Shown here: positions 15,651 to 29,186 of the stretch, one piece after another
How the letters are laid out: each line of letters begins with the position of its first letter
How positions within the stretch are numbered: position 1 is the stretch's first letter
DNA from: the human T2T-CHM13v2.0 reference genome, Homo sapiens
Assembly (NCBI RefSeq): GCF_009914755.1
Contig: NC_060939.1
Direction: 5' to 3' (one strand)
Length of the DNA: 64,000 nucleotides
Translations under genes and position numbers: made by a program
Notes under the pieces: model-generated
The model's database searches: none
What the model saw: only the letters and a program-made list of their open reading frames with translations
Told to the model about the DNA's origin: nothing

Positions 15651-17044
15651 AACGCACAGCATTTATCAACTTTGGTTTGGCTACCAGGTTCTGTACCAAA
15701 CTAGGTTTGAGTTTGGTACTAGGATTTGGTTTGCCTTCAAAATAGTAGGTACCTAGAAGAGCTGGTGGGGAAAAGACAAGAGAGGTGGTCAGGACTGAAC
15801 TGCGGCCTGTAGATGATAAAGAGCCAAAGACATCTGAAGAGGGACAATTTAAATCAAATGTTTGGGTGGTTTGTTCACAGGAATATGGGCCCGACCTTAT
15901 ATTCAAGAAATCAATGAAGCTATAGAAAGGACAGTTCTGGAGACAGATCCTGAAGAATGGGTAAAATTTCAACAGACTGAAATGGAGGGGAAGTCATTAC
16001 ATTATTAGTGGAGACAGCAAAGCAACTGTTTATTTGTTACCTGATTGTTCTGGGTACACTAATTTTTACTCCTGAGACATATTACCTAAATTCTTCAAGG
16101 ACAGGAATCATTTTTCCAACTGCTTTTTAATAGTTCCAAGTAGCTAACACAGTTCTGGATACACAGTGGGTGTTTAGTCAGTTCCTAATAACTGCTTGGG
16201 GTGTGGCCAAAAAAAGGAAGAAAGAAAGAAGAAAAACCCTCATAATATTTGTTCATGACAGAAGCTCATTTTTATTCTTAAATCTGTTGCTAAGAATAAA
16301 AATTTTTAAGTTTTTATAAATCCAAAATTTCATATTTGAAACAAAGACGGTGTATATAATTGGAAGCTTATGGTTGTCTAATAAAGGACAGAAGATTCCA
16401 ATTAAAGCCAAAATTTTATCTCTAAGCAGGCTTTCTCACTGTGTGGGCATCCCAACTGCTAAGTTTGTTTAATAGATCAAATTAAATGGATGACTGCTTT
16501 TGAAGGGCATCTTAGGGACTTGGGACTTAGCTTTGCTTTGGTGCTAGTTTACCTAAGCTCACTACTGAGGGGATTATTTGGTCTTATTATCAGAAAGATC
16601 ACTTTTAAATATTGGGGCGAGTGATAATATGATATAAATACTTCATATATGTGTGTGTGTGCATGTATGTGCACGTGTGTGTTATTTTTTCTTAATGAGA
16701 AGCAAAGGGCACTGGGTTTCACCAATTCTCTTTCCCTCCTCTACCTCTGATCAGACTCTGAAAAATACCCTGCTTCTTCAACAACAAATGTTTTAAGTGC
16801 AAAGGGTAAATTTTGTTCTATAAAGATAAATGTACTTTTTATGCATTCCGCAGTGCTCATATTGCATTACATATGTTATTTGTAACTCATAAGTAGTGAG
16901 ATACTGTCATGCAGGAATGATATTCTGAAGAGTTAACAATGGTACAGCATAGACACCAGCCATTCAGAATGGACTCCTGAATAATCTGGAAGGATGCCAG
17001 CTGGCTCACTGGACCTGCACATCCCAGCTACATCTCAGCTCTGG

Positions 17045-17563
17045 TGTAGTAGACTGTTAAACCTGCTTTTATCTGTCTCTACTTCCCTTCCAGTAACAGC
17101 CACACATTTTCCTTTGGAGAACTGCACTCCCTGAAAGGAAATGGCCAGCATGGGACTCTACTTTCCCTAGGACACAAGGCCAGGGCATGCAATCCAGATT
17201 TAGCAAATAAAGACATAGTTTAGGCCAAGCAGAGTCCTCCCCCGGACTTTTCCTCTGGAGTTAATTGGGAAGATTTTCTCTACTTCGGAGATTACTTTGA
17301 AGGATGTGAGCCTGAGGCATTTGGAGGCTAGCCATCTTGCCTTTGTAGAGGATAAATCCTAACTGAAGACTGAAGTCAAGAAGAAATAAGTGAACCTGAG
17401 AAAGAAAGAGAGAAACAAAGTCCTGGGAACATGGTTTGAGTCTTTGGAACAGCTGTGCCTACAGCCAGATGCAATCTCCCGAACTTCCCAGTTACTCAAA
17501 TACATTTTTTCTTCTTTTTCTTTTTTGTTTTTGCTTAGCATTCAGGTAAGAACTGAGTAATAA
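17045..17563 (+). mobile_element. ERVL solo LTR (LTR16-like)
   Basis: Starts tgtagt; contains gccatcttg, gagagaaacaaagtcctg, tttgagtctttggaacagctgtgcct, aacttcccagttac. Confidence 0.65.
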
Positions 17564-17801
17564 TTATGCCCACATAATATAGTTCTATGTAATTTCCATT
17601 ACACAATGCTGATGAAATCTTGGACTTAATTGAAAACTCTGTTTTTTATTAGATTGTCCTAAGGCTCCAAACCAATACATCATGCACCTAGAAATCATCA
17701 TGGATCCTTAATCAGGAGAATAACAAAATAAAGAAAAGTTTGCCTGGCAAGAGATATGTGGAAATAATCAAAACAACATATGCTCATAGATGTATTCAGG
17801 A

Positions 17802-17807
<6 letters not shown>

Positions 17808-17859
<52 letters not shown>
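17808..17859. repeat. (AT)26 microsatellite
   Basis: Perfect run. Confidence 0.97.
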
Positions 17860-17862
<3 letters not shown>

Positions 17863-18009
17863 CTTAATTTTGAAAGATGCCAGATGCCATTTCTTTCCAT
17901 GTTAGTATAACTGAAAAGAACTGTTATTGCCCATACCTTAAAAATGTTTGGAGATTATTCTATACTCTTCACTTAATTATTTGCAACACTGGACCATAGA
18001 TTTACCTCA

Positions 18010-18590
18010 TTCATTTATCCTATAAGCATATTTTAGGAAGTTGTTATATGCACTTTGCTGTTACAGGCTCTAGGGAAAAAAGATGAATTAGGAAATTCCC
18101 CTATCCTCCAGGAGCTCAGATTCTAGTGGGAAGCAGAAGTGTAAATTGATAAATGGTGTGAAAGTTGGCAAGGCGAGCACTTTGCCTGCTACTGGAGGCT
18201 TCTTCCTCCTCCATAGAGGCACAGCCAAGAGCTGGACACAGTGGAGTCTAGCGGGTGCACATGGCTCCATAAAAGTCGCTTTCCCAGTGTTCCAGGCTAA
18301 GCTGTTCAGCAAATCATACGGTCCCGGATTTTCTGGTATTTCAGGCATTGAGATGCTTTACTATTGCTTTGATGTTTTTAAAGCAAAAAACTTTTTCAAT
18401 GGAAAAATAAAGAGTTAGTTTCCCCATCATTGATCAATGTAGTCTTAACTTTCTTTGCAAGGCCAGACATGATCTCCAGGAAGTTACTGTGGTTGATTAA
18501 CACTTCAAATTATAAATTAAATTTAAACTCTAAAAAGTGTAATTATGAACAAAATGCTTGAGAGCACAGAGAAAGGAACCATTAAATTTA
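18010..18590 (-). mobile_element. L2 3' relic split by a ~350-bp insert
   Basis: ccaggagctcagattctagtggg before 18150; resumes with gagagcacagagaaagg near 18560. Confidence 0.55.
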
Positions 18591-19109
18591 CATTTTCAGT
18601 CACTGTCAAGCCTCTATTTATTCAGAGCCATTCTTTCCTTTAAAAGGCACTGTAGCTAGGTCTTTGGAGTGGATTCTGTTACAAGAAATTCCTTGAAGCT
18701 GTCTCATTTTCCTCAGTCCCTCACTGGAATTTCATAATGATTTAACCCATAGCTGAATTCACTTAGAAATTCTCAGGAGCTAGAAGCCAAAAAGACACTG
18801 ACAATAATTTCTTTCACTATTTTTCTTATTTTAGTTCGTGGATCTGTGAGTGTTGTTTCATGTAGTTTGGTTTTGGTGGATGATTGCTACACTTCACAAG
18901 TGAGGAGAAAAAATAATTCTTCCATTTCTTTTCCTTTCCTATTCTAACTGGCTTTTAAATTATCCACATGGGCTTTCAGATTAGATGTTGCCCAAAATGG
19001 CTTATGTTTTTTTGCTCTGGAAGTAACTCTTATAAGAGGAAAATAAAGCATTTATTTTGTTAGGTTATTTATTATAAAGGATTTAGTGCCTGAGTTACAA
19101 CTTAAATGA

Positions 19110-19260
19110 TTTGCAGACTAGAGAGCACCTCAGAAATTACCTATTCCAAATTCTTTATTCTACAAATATTCAGACAAGATAAACGAATTGCCCAATTTGC
19201 AGAGCTAGTCAGTGACACCGCCAAGACTAGAACTCACATCTCAGCAAGGCATTCGGTATT
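19110..19260 (-). mobile_element. MIR relic
   Basis: ttgcccaa...agagctagtcagtgacaccgccaagactagaactca. Confidence 0.55.
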
Positions 19261-19502
19261 GCTAAGTTCCCTGACCATTTCGTATAATAACTATTACAAA
19301 TCTTCACCACTGCTTTCATGAACCTCATAATACTGCCTCCCTATCACTCTGGCCCCTGCTTCACAGAAAATTGGAAGCTACCAAGCATGAACTCCAGTTT
19401 CCACTTTTAAACTTCCTCATATCTCATCTCAAAAGAAGAATATCAGAATATTATTACCCTTCAGGGTAATCTTGCCATTTGTCATCTGTGTCACACTGTC
19501 TC

Positions 19503-19788
19503 TTTTTTTTTTTTTTTTTTTTTTGAGATGTGGTCTTGTTCTGTCACGCAGGCTGAATCGCAGTGATGTGAACATGGCTCACTGCAGCCTCAACTTCCTG
19601 GGCTCAAACAATTCTCTTGCCTCAGCCTCCTTTGCAGTTGGGACCACAAGTGCGCGCCACTACACCTGGCTAATTTTTTTATTTTTTGTAGAGACAGGTT
19701 CTCATTTTGTTGCCTAGGCTGGTCTTGAACACCTGGGCTCGGCCTCCCAAAGTGCTGGGATTATAGGTGTAAGCCACCGTGCCTGGCC
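19503..19788 (-). mobile_element. Alu (AluJ) with a small internal deletion
   Basis: Minus-strand dimer; about 18 nt missing at 19740. Confidence 0.93.
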
Positions 19789-20289
19789 GGAGTCCCATCT
19801 CTTCTAAAACCTTATTCTGTTAATGTTAAACCTCATTCTTTCACCTATATGGGGATTTTCTCTCCATCAGCCTGTTGTGTTCAACACATAAACATGCTCA
19901 AACACTTGCATTCATAGTGACATTGTGCCCCATTCTGGAAGCATTCTTTGTTTTCTTTTCATCATAGCCAAACTTAGGAAAGTTTCCACAGTCACACCTC
20001 CCATTCATTTCTTCAACTTCAAAAATTTGACTTTTGACACTACTATTCAACCAAAATGTTTGGGCAAAGGCCATCTCTGTGCCTTTCAAGGATGTTTTTC
20101 AATTTTCTCCTTTTGAGAACCCTCTTCTCTTCTGGATTTCTTATTCTCCTCTTACCACTGGGTTTACTTTCAAGTTTTTCTCTCTCCCTTCATTCATTCC
20201 TTAATTTCTGATACTTTCCAGGGTTTCATTCTTAGTACCTTTTTCTTCTTATTCTGTATTGCAAATGACAAGTCCCATTGAAATCCATG

Positions 20290-21342
20290 CCTCAGTCCTT
20301 GCACAAAAATTTGTGTAACGTACAAATGTCATTTAAAGGAAAATATCTCTCCTAAGTTTTCAACATTGATGAAAATTTTTAAATTATAATATTATTTAGT
20401 TACTTGAATATAAAACTAAATGTAAATTCCTTGTGTTCACAGGGTTTTGTTTTTGCTTTCAGTTTTGGTTTTGGGTTTTTTCTTTTTTGAGACATAGCCT
20501 CGCTCTGTCACTCAGGCTGAAGTTAAGTGGTGTGATGTAGTCTCACTGCAACCTCCACCTCCCAGGTTCAAGTGATTCTCCTGCCTCAGCCTACTAAGTA
20601 GCTGAGATTAGAGACACCCAACACCACACCCAGCTAATTTTTGTATTTTTACTAGAGATGGGATTTTGCCATGTTGTCCAGGCTGGTCTCGAACTCCTGA
20701 CCACAAGTGATCCACTGCCATGGCCTCCCAAAGTGCTGGGATTACAGGCGTGAGCCACCACGCCCAGCCATGTTCATAGTTCTTATACAGTGATACAACT
20801 AAAAACTTTTTTAAGTGAATGCAAATGAAACTAAAATTCCAAAATACTCATAAAATGAAGTGAACATTAATTTGTGTGGTTATGTTGTTTTCTTGAAACT
20901 GAATTGTCAACTTACAATGTGAATATAGGACTGGCTGCTAATAACATAGTTCCTTTCTAATTAAAATAGAGCTGTGTGCCATGTGATGATTCAGCTCTCC
21001 CACCACTTTTCTCTGTCCAAACTACTGTGAAACCTTCATTCCCATGGGCAAGCACACAGTGACACCATTGTGTCTGCACTTGACCTGTTTGCATCATTCA
21101 CATATTAAACCTAGCTTTGTGATATTTGGCACCAGCAAGATTATGAACATAAATATCAATTCAGACACTGAAGTAAGTTGGCAATATTCATTCATGAGGT
21201 GGTCATCCAGATAATTCAGATTATTGTTGAAATGAAAGCATGAGTGTAAGCATGAATGTAAAAATCAACCTAGTGAACACAGACCACTGAAAATATAATC
21301 AAGGAATCTCAGGGATCTGAGGATCCCAACTTTATGAATCCC
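20290..21342 (+). mobile_element. hAT-Charlie-like DNA transposon relic
   Basis: Non-L2 block inside L2; degenerate transposase C-terminus-like sequence near 21135-21240; end resembles a Charlie TIR (ggatcccaactttatgaatccc). Confidence 0.45.
20444..20769 (-). mobile_element. Alu (AluS)
   Basis: Full dimer; TSD tgttca(c/t)ag. Confidence 0.95.
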
Positions 21343-21892
21343 AGATCTGTATCTATAGCCCGAAACCCTCTCCTGAGCTTCTGCCCTGTATTTCCAACTG
21401 CCTACTAAAAATTTCTCTACCTACATGTCACCTCAGAGGCAACATGTCCAAACTGAACTTGTTATCATTCCCCACGCACACACCCACCTTAACCTGTATT
21501 CCCAATCCTAGTTAATGACATAATCATCTACCCAGTTACCGAAGCCAAAACCTTAAGTCTTATACTAGATTCTTTCCTCTGCCTCACCTCCTACACCCAA
21601 ATCTTGTTGATCCTACTTCCTAAACTTCTTTCGCATCAATAGTCATTTTTCCTTTGACCCAGAAATCCTACTCAGAAATTATCTCAAGGAAATAATTTAA
21701 ATATTAATGAAGCAACAAACATAAAAGCAAAATTGTTCACGCCACTATTGTACTTAATAAGGAAAAACTGAAACAACATGACCACTTAAGAGGAGGAGAA
21801 AGATTAAACTAAATAACATAAAGGTTATCCTTATCCAGGAGCAATATAAAATTATGGTTCCTCGCAGACTAACTCAAAAAAAAAACAAAAAA

Positions 21893-22227
21893 CTTTTAAA
21901 TAAATTTTATCGTATATATTTAAAGTATACAACATGAGGTTGTGGGCTGTATATAGACAGTGATATGGTTGCTATAGTGAAGCAAATAAACATATCCATC
22001 ATCTCACATAGTAACCCATTAATTTTGTTGTTGCTGTTTTTGAGCAGCTGAAAACTACCCACTTAGCAAGAATCCCAAATACAGTACGATTTTATTAACT
22101 ATAGTCCTCATGTTGTGCATTAGATCTTTAGGCTTGTTCATCCTACACATCTGCTACTTTGCATCCCCTGACCTACATCTCCCCATTTCTTCCCCACCTT
22201 CCTCTTCCCCGACTCTGGTTATCACTG
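21893..22227 (-). mobile_element. L1MA9/10-like 3' end
   Basis: taaagtatacaacatg...catatccatcatctcacatagt...ttattaactatagtcctcatgttg...tagatct. Confidence 0.8.
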
Positions 22228-23913
22228 AGCATTCAGAATGACAGACAAGAGACAGAACCTGGGCCCAAGGGAGGCAGCCTATCATATTGGACTTTGCATA
22301 AAGTAAGGAATCCCAAAAAAGCAATATTCTCAGTGAGTGAACTAGAAAACATCTACTCACAGAGGAACGCAGTAAGGAAAATTGCCTGTCTCAGTCTTGG
22401 CCATAAATAAAGGTCAGAAATAAGTTATTCTTGATAATTCAAAACTATAAGCATGCTCTCAGGTGGATTTAGTGACAGAATATACAGAATCTGAATGTTC
22501 CCCCACAACACAAGAAACAATTTGTATTTAAATAAGTCTTAGGTTGGTAGTGTCCCCAGGCATTTAGTAGAAACTGAAGCAAATTTCTCTCAAGAAATTC
22601 AATTTCAACTTGGACTTTCAAAAAACCCCACTAACAAAATCTCAAGGAACATAAATCCATAATAAAAGACAGTGAGACATGAAGAAATAAGTTATCAGGG
22701 ACAAGTCTCAGCCTTTAAAAAATTGCATTATCAGACTCACAAAAGCTTCAGATATAAAAGTTGATATAGAATATAAAATAAACATTTCTAATACATTTTT
22801 AAATAAAAGAAAATATAGCCAAATAATGAGTCTATAAAAAATGAGTAGAGTAGTAAAACCAACAAGAATTTTAAGAAATGTAAAATATATTTACTGAAAA
22901 AAATTTAAACTATGGTATTGGGATTAAACAGCAGATTAGACAGAGGTGAAGAAATAATTAGTAAACTGAAAGATAAATCTGGAGAAATTGCATAGAGTAC
23001 AACACAGAAAGTCAGAGAGATAAAATATATGTAATAAAGATAAACAAACAGAATGGTTAGAGTGTGACGCTCTAACAAATATATACTTGCAATACTGAAA
23101 GGGAATGAATGAAAAAATGAGGGAGAGCTACTAATATTTCCAACATAATTAAAGACATAAATTTTTAGATTCAAAAAGCCCAATATATTGCAAGTACAAT
23201 AAATAAAACAGAGATCTAGACCAAGACCATCACTGAAAAACTATGACATACCAAAGACAAAACAAGATTTTAAAGCTGCCAGAGCAAAGAAAAGGATGGT
23301 AGATGTGAAGTTTGCTAGCTTCTCAATTGCAACAAATAGAAACCTAGAATATTAAAAATGTCACCTTAGAATTACATACCCAGTGAAAATATCTTTGAAG
23401 AATAATGACAAAATAAATACACTTTCCGATAAAGAACACCATGGAAGATGTATTACCGACAGACCCTTACTAGAGGGATTTATAAGCATGTACTTTAGAA
23501 AAACGAAAAATGATCCTATAAGGAGAGTTTGTAATGCAAAAGAAAGTTGATGGAGAAAATTTTAAACAGGTTAAGATCTCTAAACAGGCATGACTATATA
23601 CCATCATATTTATTAATAATATATAATTTGTTTGCTTAATAAAATATAGAATTAAAGAATTGAGTAAAATTGTTTATAATCTAAGAGGAAGGTTATCAGA
23701 GTTGAAGTGTCCTAAAAATCTCTCAAGCAAATTATGTCTATTGAAATATTTTGAGTAATCACTAAAATAGAAATAGAATATATAACTTCTAAAGTAAGAG
23801 CAGAAAAAGTAAAATGAAGGGGGAAAAACTTCATCAAGCTAAAAGAATGGGGGATATGAGAAAAAAGAAACAAGGAAACAGCAGGACATTTTAAAAGCTG
23901 CAAAGAAGATTAT

Positions 23914-24888
<975 letters not shown>

Positions 24889-25056
24889 CTATAAAGACAA
24901 AGAAAGATTAAAAGTGGGGGAAAAAAAGAAAAACAATGTATCAGGGAAATAAAATCCAGGAGAAAGTGGGTTTACCATATACGATAGCATTAAGACAAAT
25001 ATTTAAGAAAAAAAAATATTAGAAATAAAATGAATCCCTAGACATTGATAAAAAGC

Positions 25057-25269
25057 TATAGTATACTGGTAAATATTTAACAGGCTCTCAGGGGAAGGGG
25101 AAGACTTATTTCTAGTGTTTTTCAATTTCTGTGGTGAAAATATCCTTACCTTGGCCAATTTCAAGCCACCAATGTGAAGTTAACTGACTCACAAAATTCT
25201 AAAAATTTAACATCAGCTCTTATGGGTTGCAGCTCTTACGAGTAAAAGTTAGTTTCAGCATCTTCACTA
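25057..25269 (-). mobile_element. MER63-like hAT-Blackjack MITE
   Basis: ctggtaaatatttaaca...caatttctgtggtgaaaata...ggccaatttcaagccaccaa. Confidence 0.7.
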
Positions 25270-27025
25270 AACAAGTTTCAATTCACTGGGAAAATAAAGC
25301 AATTAAAAACACATTTGCCACCATGCTTTATGTGATACTTGATTGGAATAGGAATGGAGGGAAAAGCTATATTGGGACAATTGAGGAAAATTAATAATAG
25401 AATGTATATTAGATAATAATATTGTATCAATGTTAAATGTATTTGATGAGAGTATACCTATACACTTGTATTTTCCTAAGATATACTGTTTATGTTTGGG
25501 GGAAGGAAGTGCTATGATATTTGCAATTTACTTTCAAATGGCTCATTAAAAAGGATATATGGTGACACTGGTTAAAATTGTGCAAGAGAGAGCATCTTCC
25601 TCTCTCTCTCCCTGGCCCTTTCCCCCTCTCCCCCACTCTCTTCTTCCACAGAAACACTGATAAATTGAGCAAAATTATAGGAATCAACTTTATCAAAACT
25701 CTGGAAAACCGTCAAAGGTTTACAGCAAAAAACTGAACACCAAATCAAGAAACAGGCATTAAAAATGCCAGGAAGTTTTGCGAATTTTCACTTGCCTTTG
25801 CTCCACCTTTGTCCCAGACTCAGTGACAGTCTTGGAGACAGCAGCCAGTGTTGGACCCTGCACTCTGGCTCCAGAGATAAAAGAGCAGATCATATTCACA
25901 AAGAATCGTGTTTGTCTTTTCTAACCTGTCTGAAAGCTACCTGAAGGACTGACACAAGGAGCTTGACTTTGTTTCACCTAACTCAGACTTACTCATGGGA
26001 GAAAAGTGGCTATGCAGAGAGTATTCCTTGCAAACATTATAAGACCAATAAACAACATGCCACACCTGGAACAAAAAAATTACAATTGAGGCAAACTATA
26101 GATATGCTGAAAGCCTGGAAGGAAAAGACAGGGAGACAGTTTCTTTGGAAAATTAGGCATTCAAAAGTGTCCACATACATTGGGGAACTTAGAAAGCCAT
26201 GTGCATACCCAAGGTAGAACACATGCTGGAAAAGACCTGAGAAGATCTATGTGGAAGATCAGCTTCCACTTCTGGCTGATCTCTAGGTTCAATGCAAGCA
26301 GGAAATGAAGGCTACAGCAGAGCTATAAACAGCCTGTCTAAACATTGAAGGAGTGCTCCAATACAGAGCTGACTAAGAGATATCTTTTCTTCCTTTTTTC
26401 CCTTTTCTTTCTCTCTCTCTCTCAATCTCTCCCTGGCCCTTTTCCTCCTCTCCCCCCTTCTCTTTTTCTTTTATGTCAACCAAGAATCCAGAAACACAAA
26501 ACTGTCCTTCAAAAAGGAGAGAGAAATTAAGATATTTCCAGATAAACAAAAGCTAAGAAAGTTTGTTCCTAGTGAAACTGCTCTACAAAAATATACTAAA
26601 TGAGATTCCTTTAGGCTGAAATGAAGACAAAAATTGGAAACCATATGAAGAAGCCATATAAAGAACTCCAGTAAAGGTAACTATATAAATAAATATAAAA
26701 CTCAGTGTTATTGTATTTTTAGTTTATAACTCCTTTTTTTATTTCCCACATGATTTAGGAGATAAATACATAAAAATTCTTGTATCCTTGCTTCTCCTGT
26801 GCTTGGTGCTTAAATAACAAAAAAAGTAAGAAAAAATCTTATATATTTTTGTTAATGGGCACACAACATATAAAGATATAATTTGTGACAATCACAACAT
26901 AAAGTATGGGCAGCGCTGTATAGAGCTATAGAGCAGAGATTTTTGTATGCTATCAAAGCTAAATTTGGATCAATTTAAACTAGGTTGTTATAAATTTATG
27001 AAGTTGATTGTAACCTCTGTGGTAA

Positions 27026-27269
<244 letters not shown>

Positions 27270-27303
27270 AAAATAAATTTTCAACATACTGATAAGAAAA
27301 TAG

Positions 27304-27386
27304 AGGAGTTTGAGGCTGCAGTAAGCCATGATCATGCCACTGCGCTGCAGCCTGGGCAACAGAGCAAGAACCTGTCTCTAAAAAAA
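27304..27386 (+). mobile_element. Alu 3' fragment (J/FRAM-like)
   Basis: End of the right arm plus tail; TSD-like aagaaaat. Confidence 0.85.
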
Positions 27387-27542
27387 GGTCAAGAAAATTA
27401 GAAGGGTATTAAATGATACACTACAAAAAAAAAATCAATGGAATACAAAAGAAGGCAGTAATGGAGGAAATGAGGAACAAAAATGGTATAAGACATACAG
27501 AAGGAGTGCCTGGAGAGCAGCAACAGCCCAGCTGCGGCCACC

Positions 27543-27809
27543 ATGTCCCTGCAGGCTGATTTTGACATGGTCACAGAAGATGTGAGGAAGCTGAAAACAA
27601 GACCAGATGATGAAGAACTGAAAGAACTTTATGGGCTTTACAAACAAGCTGTAATTGGAAACATTAATATTGAGTGTTCAGAAATGCTAGAATTAAAAGG
27701 CAAGGCCAAATGGGAAGCACAGAACCCCCAAAAAGGATTGTCAGAGGAAGATATGATGCGTGCCTTTATTTCTAAAGCCGAAGAGCTGATAGAAAAATAT
27801 GGAATTTAG
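27543..27809 (+). pseudogene. ACBD7: Intact 88-aa ACBP/DBI-family ORF (ACBD7 retrocopy CDS)
   Basis: MSLQADFD...ELYGLYKQ...KGKAKWEA...ELIEKYGI has the length and motifs of ACBD7; Kozak GCCACCATG; AATAAA at 27810. The conserved second Trp (WEAW to WEAQ) and the Tyr73 equivalent (now F) are altered. Confidence 0.92.
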
Positions 27810-28017
27810 AATAAAGCATATGATAAATTTTCCTTTTTGAAGCCTTCATAATGGTATCATGACCAAACATTTAGAGTTAACGCTGTTAACTCTAGGTATC
27901 ATGTATATTTTTGCTATTATTATGAATTATACTTAATTAGTAGTATGCTAAAACTGCATAGTTAACTAAATTGTACTTGCTTAAACCAGGTGTCTTTCAA
28001 AGTTCTTTTAGAAAAGT

Positions 28018-28700
28018 ATTTTTTTTATTTTTATAGATTTAGGGGGTACAAGTGCAGTTTTGTTGCATGAACGTATCATGTAGTGGTGAAGTCTGGGCTT
28101 TCAGTGTCCCCATCACCCAGATAGTCTACAATTGTGCCCAAAAGGTACAATTGTACATTCCTTACCCCCCTCGAACCCTCCCACCTTTCCAAGTCTCCAG
28201 TGTCTATTGTTCCACACTCCATGTCCATGTGTACACATTGTTTGGCTCCCACTTATGGGTGAGAACATGTGGTATTTGACTTTCCATTTCGGAGTTATTT
28301 CACTGAAGATAACGGCCTCCAGTTCCAACCATGTTGCTACAAAAAACATGATTTCATTCTTTTTCTTAATGGCTGAGTGGTATTCCATGGTATACATATA
28401 CCATATTTTCTTTGTCCAATCATCTGTGGATAGACACTTAGGTTGATTCCATATCTTTGCTATTGGGAATAGTGCTGTGATAAACCTATGGGTGCGGGTG
28501 TGTCTTTGATACAATTATTTATTTACCTTTGGGTAGATGACCAGTGGTGGGATTGCTGGACGGAATGATGGTTCTGCTTTTAGTTCTTTGAGAGTCTCCA
28601 TATCGTTTTCCATAGAAGTTGTACTGGTTTGCATTCCCATCAGCAGTGTATGAGTTTCCCTTTTCTCTGCATCCTCACCAACACCTGTTGTTTTTTGACA
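28018..28700 (-). mobile_element. L1PB (L1PB4-like) 3' fragment inserted in the retrocopy 3' UTR
   Basis: L1 3' UTR and ORF2 C-terminus (ORF 28113-28514); TSD TTTTAGAAAAGT at 28006-28017 and 28701-28712. Confidence 0.9.
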
Positions 28701-28862
28701 TTTTAGAAAAGTCTTGCTCTGGTAGTATTTACACAAAGGTTAAGAATTTTTTTAAAAGACATACAGAAAACAAAGAGCAAAATGGCATAAGTAGTACTTT
28801 CTTATCAGTTATTACTTTATGTAAATAGATTAAACTTTCAAATCAAAAGGCAGAAAAATTAG

Positions 28863-29186
<324 letters not shown>

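Larger units (their letters stand above)
19290..21640 (+). mobile_element. L2 relic interrupted by Alus and a Charlie element
   Basis: L2 motifs from 19290 to 20260, resuming at 21340 with cccagatctgtatctatagcccgaaaccctctcctgagctt. Confidence 0.65.
27503..28755 (+). pseudogene. ACBD7: Processed retrocopy of ACBD7 mRNA (5' UTR, CDS, and 3' UTR split by L1PB)
   Basis: Intronless; exact 13-bp TSD AAGACATACAGAA at 27490-27502 and 28756-28768; inserted in the L1 inter-ORF region. The symbol names the parent gene. Confidence 0.88.

Noticed and set aside
27543-27809. Calling this the functional ACBD7 or DBI gene
   Set aside because: Intronless, TSD-flanked and embedded in L1, with conserved Trp and Tyr residues lost; the parent genes have introns.
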